Below, piece after piece: positions 38,576-52,858 of a stretch of DNA of 64,000 bases. A program made the translations under genes and the position numbers. Location: the NCBI RefSeq assembly GCF_006345805.1, contig NC_043003.1, positions 23,498,001 through 23,562,000 of the forward strand, written 5' to 3'. The notes under the pieces are model-generated. The model had not been told where the DNA came from. It saw only the letters and a program-made list of their open reading frames with translations, and searched no databases. The stretch is from Octopus sinensis (Eukaryota). Numbering within the stretch: the first letter of the stretch is position 1; each line of letters begins with the position of its first letter.

Positions 38576-39216
38576 CATATTTACTTTTAATTCCACTAAC
38601 CTCGAGCTGTTCGGAGAATACCGGACTAACTTTGTGCATCAACTTAAGTACCTAATTCAACCGAATCTTAATTATATATATGGATGTATATATAAGGTTT
38701 TAAAAGGCATGTTCAGATTTTGTGTACATTCATAAAAAGGAGGTAATCAGAATTTTGGATAAATCAATATTTCGCACTTTCGTCCATTCACTGAGAATCT
38801 TCACAATAAATTTACTGTAAAGTTCGTTGCTTTTTTACACATTGTAAAGAATACAAGAGAAAGAGAAAAGAAGAAGAAAGAGGGGAGAGGAGGGTAAGGG
38901 GGAGATAGCGAAAATTGAGGAAATAAAAGAAAGCAAGAACCAAGACAGAGTGTATCTGGTGATGGTTTATGATATACGGGTGGCTGGCGCTAATTATATA
39001 TCATGATGTCAGATTTGTGTTTTAGTGACAGGAAGCAGGACAAGAAACACAGGAAAAAGAAAAGACAAAAGTAAAAAAGAAATCGAGGAAAGAGAAAAGA
39101 AAGGACAGATTCCTTAATACATAGATACAGTATATATATATTATATAGTACGTTTAAATATTTGTTGTGCAAGATTTTTTATTGGCTAAACTGGCAATAT
39201 GACCATTCCGAAATAT

Positions 39217-39251
<35 letters not shown>

Positions 39252-40305
39252 TATATAATTAATTAAAAAACGAATAAAAACACAAGAAGAAAAAACAACA
39301 ACGCGAGTACCTGGTACATGCAAAGTATTAACAGACGCTTAGGGAAGGAGAGAAAGTTAGTTTTACGTTTCGAGCAAACTTTTTCTTCATAAAGAGGAGT
39401 CAGAGGAAAGTCCAAAAGAAAAGGAAGACGGGGGAATAAATCGCCAAAAATCCACATGTACATTTTGAAATGTACTTTATATACAACAGTTGATTTACAA
39501 AAACTTTTATATACACAAGTCTCGTCAGGCCCTTAGTTAAAAAGATGAAATACCATGTAAAGGATAGCCAAATTGCGGAATATACTGATTATCTATTGAC
39601 CAGTTTGTATTATTGAACAGTTTGTATTGTGACTAAAGATTTGTTATTTTAAAGAGTATATTAATGTGGATATCTGAAAATGTTTTAGTTGATTGATTTA
39701 TAATATTTTGCATAAAGCACCAATGAAAATATTTGTTTTGACTGTAAAATAAAGCGTTATATTCGTAGTTAAATTTAAGTAATACATTTCAAGTACGCTA
39801 TATTCATTATACTAAATGATTATACATTTATAAATATATAAATTGATTTATTTATTAAGTAATGATATAATACAAAATAAGTGAATGTTTTTATATAATG
39901 CCATATTGTGATCAAAAAATTTTATATTGCAAGTATGTATTCCCGGTTATTTTTCTCTAGCTAATTAATTTATAAATATATAAGCTTTGATTTACTCTGA
40001 TAAATTGATTAGTATACAGCTATTGCCTTAATCTAATTTCGTTCCTTCTCATAGTCTTAGTTAAAAATATAACTTAAAATATGATATACTTTTATTTATA
40101 ATTTATTTTCTCTCTATCTAAGACATAATAAAGTCTATAAGTATCGTAACTCCATGTTTCTGTTTATTTTTTTACGGAGTTTTCCTTCTCATAACTGAGT
40201 AATTCGGACGTTTTACCTGTTAGTTACTTAGAATATAGTTTATATCAGTAACAATAAATAAACGTGAATAATTATTATACATTAGATTAATCAATATATA
40301 TATAT

Positions 40306-40357
<52 letters not shown>

Positions 40358-40495
40358 TGATTAATATCATCCATATTTGAACGTGTATACGTTATATATT
40401 TATAGAATAAAAAGTATTGGATAAACATATTCTATTTCCGTTAGTAAATCTACGTAAAATTTGATAATTTATTTATTTATTTATTTATTTGGTTA

Positions 40496-40694
40496 TCTAT
40501 ATATATATATAAAACTGAGCATGTGTGTCAGTCTGTCTATCTGTGTGAATCCCTAAAAGTTGAGAACTACAGAACCAATTTCATTCAACTTTTACTTAGG
40601 ATCCAAGGAGTATCATGGGCAAAAAAAAAAAATGTTAACTTCTTGCCTAGGGCAAGATATTTATAAGTACACCAAAGAACTTATACACGACACA

Positions 40695-40729
<35 letters not shown>

Positions 40730-41274
40730 CAAATATATATATATATATATAACATAGTTCTTGAACCGGTACTTCAAGTAACGACTAGCGTATGGAAACT
40801 GACTGCTTATTGTGATCATTCGTCTTTTGGTTTCCTGTAGTAGCTTTGCTCTTTTTTACAAACTCAGTGAACATATATTTCCTATTTCAAAGAAATTCAA
40901 ACAATAGATATAAGTCCCAAGTTAAAAAGATTTTCAACAATTCAACTTCTCTGGTTGACATTTAGATACCCACCCCCAACATGAGCCTTAACTCTCCCAT
41001 TTTAGAGCTCCATGACCTTCATTTTTTAGGAGAAAAATCTTTTTAACAGGTTCAATAACACTTGAAGTTTGGAATATGCGCATAAAAATCAGTAGTATGG
41101 GATACATGTGGCACGGTTACAAATATTTTAGGGTGTGTAAAGAGGGAAGTAACCCTCAACTGCAATTTTGATGAAATCCGAAACATAGATATTCCAGTTC
41201 ATTACAGAAAATATAACAGGAAAGTTTAATTCTTCAATTGTCTGTAACCGGGCAACGCCGGGTATCTTTGCTAG
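40496..41274 (+). mobile_element. Complete non-autonomous Helitron
   Basis: Starts A/TCTATATATATATATAAAACTGAG and ends with hairpin CCGGGCAACGCCGGG followed by CTAG/T; A-T insertion site with no TSD. Confidence 0.85.
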
Positions 41275-41563
41275 TTTTATATAAAATATACATATATAAA
41301 AACAATCGAGGATAAATAAAGAAGTTAATGATAAATCATGGTTAAGAGAGAGATGTACCAACGTGTGTACGAGGAGACTAACGCTTATTATTAGGGGGAG
41401 GAACGAAATAGTTATAAGCATTACTATGTAATTCGTATATAAGTAGACGTTTTATGTGCTAGTTATTATATACGAAATAATAAGACTAATTGAGAAATAA
41501 GCATAATTATGCATCAGAAAATAATACAATGAAACCAATTAATAAAATCCGCCATCCTTTTAT

Positions 41564-41623
<60 letters not shown>

Positions 41624-42327
41624 TATATAATATATAATATATATATATATTTTTATATATATTATAGATAATATATATATCATAGGATACTGTGCAAAAC
41701 TCTTAAGGGGAGGGGGAGGGGTAATATGAGATTTACCAAAAGTTCTAAATTATCATTAGCTTTATATGATTTTTGTATTGCAGTATTATAGATAAGTATG
41801 ACATTATATAGCATTATTATTATATATACATGCGTTTTCTTCTTTGTCTTTTTCTCCACAATACGCTATCATATTATATTAATCTCTTCTTTTCTTACTT
41901 TAAGACATAAAAATATACACTACCTTCTGCCCCTATGTTCGATTGATGCCTTCTATAATCGGCTCTTTTTGTATATTTGCTATCAGTTAACGGGTTGCAG
42001 CTGTTATCTCAACATTTATTTCTAATTGGTATATCTTTACTACCTCCGAAGAGATTCATCTTATAATGATTTTAATTTTATGAATTAATTCTTTAAAGAT
42101 TACTGAATCGACGCAGCTGTTAGACTTCTTGTCATATTTTATAATTAATGAATAATATTTTATTAATTACCTCTCCATTTTCTCCTTAATCTTTAAACAT
42201 ATAAATGTATGAACCACAGTTTATTTTATATAGCTACCTTACTGTTGAACTTTCTATGGATTCGTCACTAACCAGTATTTTCATTGGATTTTGTTATCTC
42301 TTAATGAGGTTTATAGCCTTTATTTGA

Positions 42328-42360
<33 letters not shown>

Positions 42361-42376
42361 ATATATATAATATATA

Positions 42377-42810
42377 TTAGCTGCTTCCTTGTATACGAGC
42401 AAAGCCATTGCTAGAAAGCCATTTAAATGAGTCAATGTTGAGATAGTGTGAGGCCCTTTTATGATTCTTGAGCCCGGCGAAGGTTTTGCACATTCTATTA
42501 AATAATGCAATGATGTGCTTGCTGGCAGAAGAAACAGGTGCCATAGTATGAACTCTTTTGACGTACCTTTTCAATCGTCCAACTGAGAGGCACACCTTTC
42601 CATGCGTTGCACATATTCTGTTGTGAAGAATAGCCATATTACAATTTGCTATGGATCAATTCCCGTGAGCACTCTGATGGCTGAACAGACCCGCACAACT
42701 CCCACAAACGAAACATACAAAAAGCAACAGTCATTCTCCACGGGTTCATTCCACCTAAGCCTTCTCTTAATCTTCTCTGGTTTCGTTCTCTTTCCCCGTA
42801 CGTTCAAGTA
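42377..42810 (-). pseudogene. Possible decayed 3' end of an RTE-like LINE (C-terminal zinc-finger-like motifs)
   Basis: Minus translations VRGKRTKP..RLRWNEPVEND, CATHGKVCLSVGRLKRYVKRVH and RMCKTFAGLKNHKR loosely resemble LINE C-termini. Confidence 0.4.
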
Positions 42811-45141
42811 GTCAAACGTTATAATATACACCACATTTACATAGCTCGGTTTACTTCTATGTTGGAACGCGGTAGTCTGTGTGTAAGGCATAATTTATTA
42901 GGCATTATAGCCTTGTCTATATTTGTCTTTCATTAGATTCAAGATGGACCACATCACGTCCTAAGCAAATAGTAATCGATCCGGGTGTTATAGTATTTTC
43001 TGCACTAATATTTGATTATTTGGTGATATGCAGCCAGTGGAGTCATAGCAAAGTCAATGTAGATAATATATATACATATATATACGTATGGCTTATTCGT
43101 ATGTTTTATTATAATATTTGTCTGGACTGAATGGCTATTGTATTGGCAGTAACGTATTATGTTGCATAGCAATAAAATTACATACTCGTACATTTTCTAC
43201 CTATTCGACAAATATCTTCTTTCCGGCGAACGTTTTTTCCTCATAATCATATATGTACGTGACAGTAACGCTACCATTGAAAACGACAGCAATTACACCG
43301 GCTTCGAAGATTTTATTTCTTTACATGTATTACAAGAGACAATAAATACGAAGTTGCGACTACATATTCTTTTAAAAATGTTTTTCTTATACCACATGTG
43401 TATATATATGTATGTGTATGTATGTATATGTATATATGTATATGTGCGTGCGTTTGTGTGAGTGTGTGTATGTGAGTATGTACGCAAAATTCTAAGCTTT
43501 TTGAGTCTCATATTATTCGCATATCTCCATCTTTGCATTTATTATCATAGATGTTACTACGTGATTGTGAATTTACTCCTGATCTCAAAGATTAATATTT
43601 AAGGTTTTTTTTTTTTTGTAAAAAAGTAAAATAGAAGAAAACATTATCTAGCTAAGTAAAGCTCTGTATGAATTGCTGCTGTCATTTTCGCAAATCACTT
43701 CATATTTATATTCACAAAAGTTGGAATAAAAATTGTGAACAGATTTATATAGATTCTTTATACGTCAAAATGTCTGCTATTTTTATGTTTTCTCTGCTGT
43801 CAAAATAGCTGCATCCCTGAAAGTATATAGCAGTTAAAATAAATTATGCAAATAGGGGACATTTAGTTTTTCTAATGTAGACTACTATTAGAAAAAGATG
43901 CTTTGTGTCATTATGTTCGTTCCTATGAGACGATGTGAGGGTCTTTAGAGGATTCCGATTGTGTGAACGTACCTGTTGAATTATTCGTTCACATATTTAC
44001 ATAGTGCTCAAAAAGAAAAGGGAGTTTTCATGAATGAAGGATAGATGTATTCAAACGTTACGTGGGTATTTCAAATAACAAGTAGGCGTTCGTACATGAA
44101 TACGTATACATACATACCTACATACATGCATACATACATTTCTTTGATGTCGTCGCACATCAAAGTCCAATACTGCCATATTCTACAAATCAACATACTC
44201 ATCTTTATGTATTTTTCACCAGTCAAAACACGCATAATGTTTGTGCGTGCGTGTGTGTGTGTGTTTGTGTGTGTGTGTTTGTGTGTGTACGTGTGTGTGT
44301 GTGTGTGTACTTGAAGATATTTTTATTATTACATCTATGAGTGCTAGAGAAAGGAAAAGTAAGAATGTTCTACTGAAAGAGGTAGCATGGAAGAAGATAG
44401 ACATAGAGTGAAAGGGAGGCAAAGAGAAAGGCATGTAAACAGACACAGAGACGGAGACACACTAGTAAAGAGAACGTGATATAATGTTTTAGGATAGAGG
44501 AGAATTCGAGGAAGACGTATCCTTCGATACGTAACATTGATATAAGTATAAATGCAAATAATGCTGATAAATCGATAGCTTCGTTTCTAGATACACACTC
44601 ATATGCACCTTCACACCAGTACTAACGGTATATCAATAACTATTCATATACATGTGCTTCTGCAGCACGTTGACAGTATCAAGATAACAGAAATGGAATA
44701 AATCTGAATTACATTGGTCACTGCAAGGCATAAGGTTTCAGTAATGCACAAGGGAACATTCGCAGACATACTGTAAAAGACATAGAAATAAGAAAGGAAA
44801 ACAAAATAGCCTAACAAAGACGGTAAAATGAGTAACAACAGCCGTTGATGAAACAGTCGTCTTTCGTAAGTTAGAAAGGGAATTATATAATCAGTCTGGG
44901 AATGTTGGTATTTGAGTATAACTTATATATTTGTATTTGCTTTAAATGTATAACAAAGGATTTATCTATATATTGTATAACGCAATTTCTATATTCTCGA
45001 AATATTGGTTTTATCATGTCTTCTTTTACGGCGCGTCGTCCTCTTCGTCGTTAATGGCGTTTCGAGAACGGTAAGATGGGGAATATAAATATTTATCATA
45101 ACCAACTACAAGGTAAATGACCGCAGGAAAAACGTGACAAA

Positions 45142-45189
45142 AGCATTATTCTATAGCAAAACTTGTCTGTTTTGCTATAGAATAATGCT
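45142..45189. repeat. Perfect 21-bp inverted repeat with 6-nt spacer
   Basis: AGCATTATTCTATAGCAAAAC-TTGTCT-GTTTTGCTATAGAATAATGCT. Confidence 0.95.
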
Positions 45190-46853
45190 CCAAATGCGAG
45201 TTGCTGGATTACTTGTGGCTCTACCGTCATAGTCTCCGATCTTTGTTCTCTTACGTATTTTTATTGCTTTCATTCAGAGAGAAACGACCGAACCTGTGGC
45301 CTGTCACGGCGTCAGCGAGATGGATAAGGTCAGAGGAAGGCATTTTCAATCCAAAGACATGTTCCATATACTGTAACAGATTGGTCTTTGCTAAAAACAG
45401 TTACAGTTTTTGATGTCGGTGACGGATTAAGCTTGCTGTCCAAGCAGTTCATCGTGTAGGTTGAAAAATGAACCGAAAGACGAAAATCATACAACCATAT
45501 GTATCCTATCTGATCTGTTCTGTCAATTCACTGCCTGGATATGTCATTTTTTATTGTAGGAAAGAAAAAAGACGACCTCGATAGCATTTGGTCGCAGAAT
45601 ACAGTGCAACGATTCTGACAGACTTAATATGCATGATGTTGACTGTCATAATACTGTTGATCATGAATAATTCTTTTGTACACAGACACCGTTTTAATAT
45701 TACTTTTCATCAACACTCTTTAGAAAACATCAGTTACGGATTTCTTGAAACTCAGTAATATTTATTCTTCTGGTTGATAACACTGCTAACAATAGTATCA
45801 TTAACGACCAGATTCAGAATCTAAAAATATATTCTTAGGTGTGTTCGCAAAATAAACGATTGAGAAATTTACTACTGCTGAAAGCACACAAGGAATATTC
45901 GGAAGCAATTTGTTCGGAACATTTCCGGAGTTGTTTACCTCGTTTGCCAAACTGTAAAATTGGACATTGACAAATTGTTGGCCTTTTTACTTCTTTCACA
46001 CACGTTAATCTGGAATAGTTATTCAGTGCGGCTGCTTTGGCTATGTAAACAGAAGCTAAACAATTTGCTTTTCTATATAAATGATACTTATTAATTCTAT
46101 TTCGTTACGCTAACGAGTGTACATAATGAATGTCTCTTAATTAGTTCGATACTTACAATAAAGCACTTCGCTAATGCAGTCATACCAGGGCATAAACGTG
46201 TTTTCCCGCACATTCTTATGGATTATATTTTACAAACTAACTCTACGAGGACGGAAAGTTTCCTGGAGACGTCATATGTATGTGACGAAAGATTTCCGGT
46301 CAGTGGATATGAGTTAAAATAAGAACAGTAATAAACAAGTGAAGAACAAATATATAGCAAAAGAGGATGTCAAATCCTGGCAGTGAATTGACTTAACAGC
46401 AACTAGATCACATAAGATACATTTGGTCGTATGGTTTTCATCTTTGAGTTCCTATTTCAAAGAATATGTAGCACGTGTGTTTGTTTGGTTAAAAAAATTA
46501 AAGTAAATATACCGAAATACAACAAAACCTGACTGTAGCTTTCTTGTATAATTTCATTAAATGTCATTTACATCGGTGCTGCATTTCTAATGAGGAAAAA
46601 AATTAAAAGAAATGGCGTATACTACAGAATGTATAACAGAATTCATTTTCCTTGACAAAACTAATTTATTTTCAATTTTTTCACACATATATTCGCCCTA
46701 CTTCGTTCACTATGACATACATGTACAAACGAATGTATCTTTCCTATACGTATTAACACTCGGGGGTACACACTAAGACTGAGACACAAATATATATGTA
46801 TATATGTATATATATGTATGTGTGTATGTGTGTGTGTGTATGTATGATTGTAA

Positions 46854-47094
<241 letters not shown>

Positions 47095-47222
47095 ATATAT
47101 ATATATATATATACATACATACATATGCATATGTATGTATGGATATACATGTATATATATTATATATATATATATATATGTATATATCTATATCTATCTA
47201 TATATCTAGCTAGCTAGCTAGC

Positions 47223-47285
<63 letters not shown>

Positions 47286-47286
<1 letters not shown>

Positions 47287-48166
47287 CAGGTAATCCCATA
47301 AGTCCTGTTCCAATTTTGAATAAAGAAAACAAGTGATCAAACATTATATTTAATTGAAATTTAATCATGAATGTACTTTTCCTGCTTATCTATGACTTCC
47401 TTCCATCTATTTACTCCTTTGCAATCCCACAAGATAGAGAGAAGAATCTTTTTTCCATGAAGTTCCCTTCTCGGTTGTGGTTGAGCTTTTCCCTTTTTAT
47501 CAAGCCACTATTTACGACGCTTAGCATTTCAATAGAAGATCCATTTTTCGTCACCAGTCACAAGTCTATCCAAAAAGCGTGACATAAGTTCGCGGCAATG
47601 GAGAGAAAAGCAATTGTCAACTCGGGAATTGCGGTTGCTCTCGGGCAATTCATGAGGCACCCATTTTCCAGGTTTAGGAACCTTTCCAAGTTGTTGAAGA
47701 TGACGATGAACTGTTGTATGGTTTGAACTAAACTTTATTCATCTGATAATGCAGGATTGCATTAATGTTCGATCTTCGACTTCAAGGTTGAAATCTCCAC
47801 TTCTCAATTTTGCAAACCATCTTCTGCAAGTTCTTTCATTCAAGCATTCTTTCCCATAAACTGAATGTATGATTCGAGTCGCTTCGGCTGCAAAGTTTCC
47901 TGTTTTGTACTCATAAAGCATAATGTATTTTAAATGCTCTTTGGATACTTCCATGTTGGAAAGGGTTTTAATCAAAAAAATTTTAAACTATATTATTTTT
48001 AAAATTAATATTTAATTAGTTTAAATGTAAACAAATGCATAAAATTAATATTTAATTAGTTTAAATGTAAACAAATGCATAAAAATAATTTTTAATTCCA
48101 TTATTCATTCTAAAATACTCACTCAATTTTTAAAAAGGTGAAATCGGCCAGAACTTATGGGATAAC

Positions 48167-48170
<4 letters not shown>
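47286..48170 (-). mobile_element. Internally deleted mariner element with both TIRs, in (TA)n
   Basis: TIRs TCAGGT.ATCCCATAAGT.CTG at 47286 and inverted at 48148-48170; encodes MEVSKEHLKYIMLYEY..RRWFAKLRSGDF, GKWVPHEL and FLDRLVTGDE; 40-bp tandem duplication at 48001-48080. Confidence 0.92.
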
Positions 48171-48212
<42 letters not shown>

Positions 48213-48926
48213 CATACATACATGTATACACATACACACACACGCACACACATATATATATATACATATACATATATATGACGTTTGTCTACTGTTAATC
48301 GACTATGACTTTTCAACACCACTACTGAGTACGAAACACTAAAAAACCAACATGACACAAACTCGCAGGCAATATATGGAGCTGGATACTTACAGACTAA
48401 AATTACTAGATGTTTAGAGGTAGTCTACCATGTAGATTATATCTACACAAAGGGACTGGAAACTGTAACCACGTACAACCTGTGCATGGTCGAGTCGTTG
48501 GTGACTAAACTGACAACACCATGGAGCTCACTTTGTGCGGCGGGTGATTACTGGACGACATGCGGGAAGAAAATAATGCGTCAAAAGGCGGGGGAATAGT
48601 CAATGACCATCCAACAATGTGTATATATGTATATATTGATTATGTGTTCGTATGTGTGTGTGCACGGTGTATTTTCAAATTTTATATATTCATATTTGTA
48701 TATAACAGTTTTATGTTATATTATATATTTCATATTTTATATTCATATTGTTTTATAAAATTCAATTTTATATGTGTGTGTGTGTATGTTTGTATTCTAT
48801 AATCTTTATAGGATAAAGATTTTGGGATGCATGCATTTATATCGGAGTGGTTATCTCCTCCTCAGCCAAAGGGTGTCGCGGCGAAAGGACACGAGATAGA
48901 GATCTCTCTTATGAGCTTCCTATCAT

Positions 48927-49262
48927 CATTTTGGGCAAGTGTCTTCTACTGTAGCCACGGGCCGACCAAAGTCTTGTAAGTGGATTTGGTAGACGGAAAC
49001 TGAAAGAAGCCCATCGTACATATATATGTGTGTGTGTATGTAAGTGTGTCTGTGTTTGACCCTCTCCCAGCATTGCTTGACAACCGATGCTGGTGTGTTT
49101 ACGTCCCCGTAACTTAGCGGTTCGGCAAGAGGGACCAATAGAATAAGTACTAGGCTTACAAACAATAAGTCCCGGAGTCGATTTGCTCGACTAAGGGCGG
49201 TGCTCGTGTATGGCCGCAGCCAATTGACTGACACAAGTAAAAGAGTAAAATAGTAAAAGAGT
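48927..49262 (+). mobile_element. 5'-truncated family C SINE
   Basis: Collinear with 14660-14998. Confidence 0.9.
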
Positions 49263-49320
49263 GTATATATATAATATGCATCCCAAAGAAGAAGCATGCT
49301 GTAAGATGTAGAATAGTATA

Positions 49321-49470
49321 TATTAAAATTGGGGAAGGCCGGCTTTGGGGATTATCTTAGGTTTCCTGGTACATGAAGGGTTTAGCTTTGGGAACTGACG
49401 AAGCACCATAAAGCTAAACCCTTTATGGACCTAAGGTAATCCCATAAACCGGTCCTCCCCAAACTTAATA
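49321..49470. mobile_element. Palindromic MITE-like element
   Basis: Left arm 49321-49389 and right arm 49410-49470 are imperfect reverse complements (GAAGGGTTTAGCTTT / AAAGCTAAACCCTTT; GGGATTATCTTAGGT / ACCTAAGGTAATCCC). Confidence 0.75.
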
Positions 49471-50053
49471 CACACACACACATATATGCTCGATTTGACT
49501 AAATATATGTGCGTGTGTGTGTATGTATTGTGTGTGTTCAGGTTTATATGTGTATGTATATATGAATAGATACCATCGCTATACATGCTTATGCATTATT
49601 TATTTACGATGTAATCAACTCTATTACCAGCAGAAATGCAGTGAGCTAAACACGTAAATATATATTCTGAAAGTCGGTTATCGTTTGTGACAGCTGTCAA
49701 ATAATATCTCGGTGTTTGATTATTATTCCTTTCCCACATGTTGAGTGAATATCAGAGGAACAATTTATGCATGGTTTCAGATAGTTTTGTAAAAAAAAAA
49801 AAAGAAAGAATTAAAGTTTCTTTTTTTTTTCTCTCCATAAAATCGAGCGGGAACAATTTGTTGCAAATCTACACAAGTTTTCCATATTGTTAGAATTTAT
49901 AAAAACGCACCTCACACACACACACACACATACACACGCACACAAACACAAGCACACACACACACACATATACACTCACACACACACACTCACACACACA
50001 CACACGCACTCTTATATTCGTATTTGTGTGTTTGTATGTGTTTGTTTGTATGT

Positions 50054-50096
<43 letters not shown>

Positions 50097-50253
50097 TAGC
50101 AAAAAGGTAATAAAATAAATTATTATTACCGGTGATCTAGTACAAAAGACAAATTAGCCATTAGGCTATATGTTATTCATATAGGTATGGTAAGTTTAAA
50201 GGGAATACTTGATAAGTGTACACATCTGTATATGCCAATAGTGGCATATATGT

Positions 50254-50342
<89 letters not shown>

Positions 50343-51018
50343 GTACATCTGTATGTATGTAAGTTTGTTTGTATGGATGGTTATAAAATAATATGCTTTC
50401 TTAAAATAAATTTATTTTTAGCGAAAAGACTGAATGTCAGTGCATATATATGTATATGTTATCCAGTGGGTGCTTTGTCACATTTTTGTTCTTTTTCAAG
50501 CGGATGTTTTTTACCTCGCTTCGTCACAGGTATAAAGCATTGATTTATTTAATATCCAAAATGGGTAAATGCTGTAAGAAAAGATTAACTTTTTCTTTTA
50601 TGCTGCGTTATTACTCAAATGTACCGTGTATGTATTTTTAAGCGAACATTTTTCGGGTTGATTGGTTAAACCTACTGAAGGGACTCTCACTTAAGACCGA
50701 AGTTTTTTTTTATATTATTTCTTTCGTTGTTCCCTTTTTCTTATTTCTCCATCACATTTCAATAAATGTATGCATGCATACATGCACACGTATACACGCA
50801 CGCTCGCGCGCCCACTCCCGTATGTGCAAATACACAGGAGGATGGATAAAATGCAAACGTACATAAAAATATCGACGTATGTGTATATGTACAGAAATGC
50901 ACATATATGTATATATATACAAGTATGTATATATGTATATATATATATGTGTGTGTATGCATGTGTGTGTGTGTGCGTGTAGATCTATCTACCTCTCTAT
51001 CTTCCTCCTCTCTCCCTC

Positions 51019-51050
<32 letters not shown>

Positions 51051-51108
51051 TATATAAGTATATATATCTATATCTATATCTATCTATCTATCTATCTATA
51101 TCTATATC

Positions 51109-51180
<72 letters not shown>

Positions 51181-51419
51181 TACTGCGAAAATAAAACGTT
51201 AGAAAATTCATAAAAATATTCTAGTAGTGGCTAGCATGCGTAATAAAATCAATAGACAACATATTTTTCATATAAATTACTGCAGCTTTTGGGTGACCTT
51301 TCATTGAAATGTTTTTACCTTTCATTCGCTTTGAAATTACCCTTACTTCTAGTTTGGGCTTTAGCAAACTAAAGCATGAGGACGACAAAAATTATAATAG
51401 AATAGCTAAAAGCATGCTG

Positions 51420-51815
51420 TGAATAAGCTCACGTAGCAACCACTTTACTGCGGGATTAATCTCACTGCGTTGAGTATGTATCTTCTCCTAAATCTTCCAG
51501 CCAACCAATGTCTTGTGAATGAACTTGGCAACGGAAAATGTTGGGAAACCTGATTTATTCCATATATATATGTATGTATGCATGAATGGATGGATTTATG
51601 TATTTGTGTATGTGTGTGTGTGTGTGTTGGTAATTGTCTCATGCCATCACTGGAAAACTGCTGTCGATTATAATGCATCGTCGTAACATAGCGTTCGACA
51701 AAGCCATCCGATAGTACAAGCGGCAGGTTTAAAAATAATAAGATATGTTCGGCGAAAACCATTAAAGGCGATGACCCAGCACGGCTTCATTCCAAGGAAT
51801 AAAAGGAGAATAAAA
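51420..51815 (+). mobile_element. Highly degenerate family C SINE
   Basis: Patchy collinearity with 14592-14998, including the central TA/TG tract and TAAAGGCGATGACCCAGCACGGC. Confidence 0.6.
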
Positions 51816-51967
51816 GCATAATTTTACATGCATATATATGTATACATATCTATACAAAAATCATATACGAAACAATGAAGAGAACTGTCTCTCTGTCTGT
51901 CTGTTCGTCTGTCTGTCTGTCTGTCTCACCTTTCAGCTATCTGTCTATCTGTTTGTCATTCTGCTTA

Positions 51968-52030
<63 letters not shown>

Positions 52031-52344
52031 CTACCTATCTGTCTATTTGTCTATCACACATATACAAGCAGAGGGAGAAATGATTATATGGACAGGTATC
52101 ACATTTACATGTATTAATAAATATATTTATGATCGGATGCATAAAGCACGTGGACGCGCAAAACAGTCCACACGCGCACGTATATGTATTTATGCACGCA
52201 CACAAGCAGGCATAAATATATGAATCTATATTTATATCTATAACTGTATCGATATCGATATCGATATCTATATATCTATGCCCTGAGTGCATTCTAGATT
52301 TGAGACATTTACAGGAGAGACATTTATTAACTTCAAAGATGTAC

Positions 52345-52858
52345 AAAAGATCCTTCAATGTGAGATCCTCAGACATCAAGACACTTGTAAAGCTTCATGA
52401 ATGTCCCATCGAAGTTCGCCAAAATGAAACTGTCCAGGGTACTTTTTACAGCTTCTTTGATCTTGATATTTTTAAAACGAGTGGCAGTGAGGTTCTGTAC
52501 GGTTTGGGATACAATCAGAAGTCACAAAGAGAAATGACTGGACTATATGTAGGGTGAGTCATTATTTTGCTGCGCTGTCATGTAGATTGCTACGAAAACG
52601 GAATTGTAGACTAATGCATTGTCCTGATACCAGCCCTAGTAGACGAATACTCTCTCCATTCAACGAAATGTCTTCCTCAACTCCTTCTAAACCTCATCAA
52701 ATCAGTTTTTGTTGACCGCTAAGTCTCAAGTTGGAGATTCTTGCATTAACTTGTATATGCTTGAGTTACACACACTCAGTCAGCATTACATCTATTACAT
52801 AATTCCGTGCCCACAGAAACAGGTGTTGGACCCGGAATGGCATGCCTCACTCCTTACG
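52345..52858 (-). pseudogene. Mariner (DD34D) transposase C-terminal remnant
   Basis: Minus: VNK..EV*KELRKTFR, WYQDNALVYNS, YSPVISLCDF*LYPK, RFKNIKIKEAVKSTLDSF..YKCLDV*GSHIEG, matching mariner QDNAP.H / YSPDLAPCDFWLFPK. Confidence 0.75.

Noticed and set aside
48360-48600. Higher-complexity segment with DYIYTKGL, possible LINE endonuclease
   Set aside because: No other APE motifs in frame.
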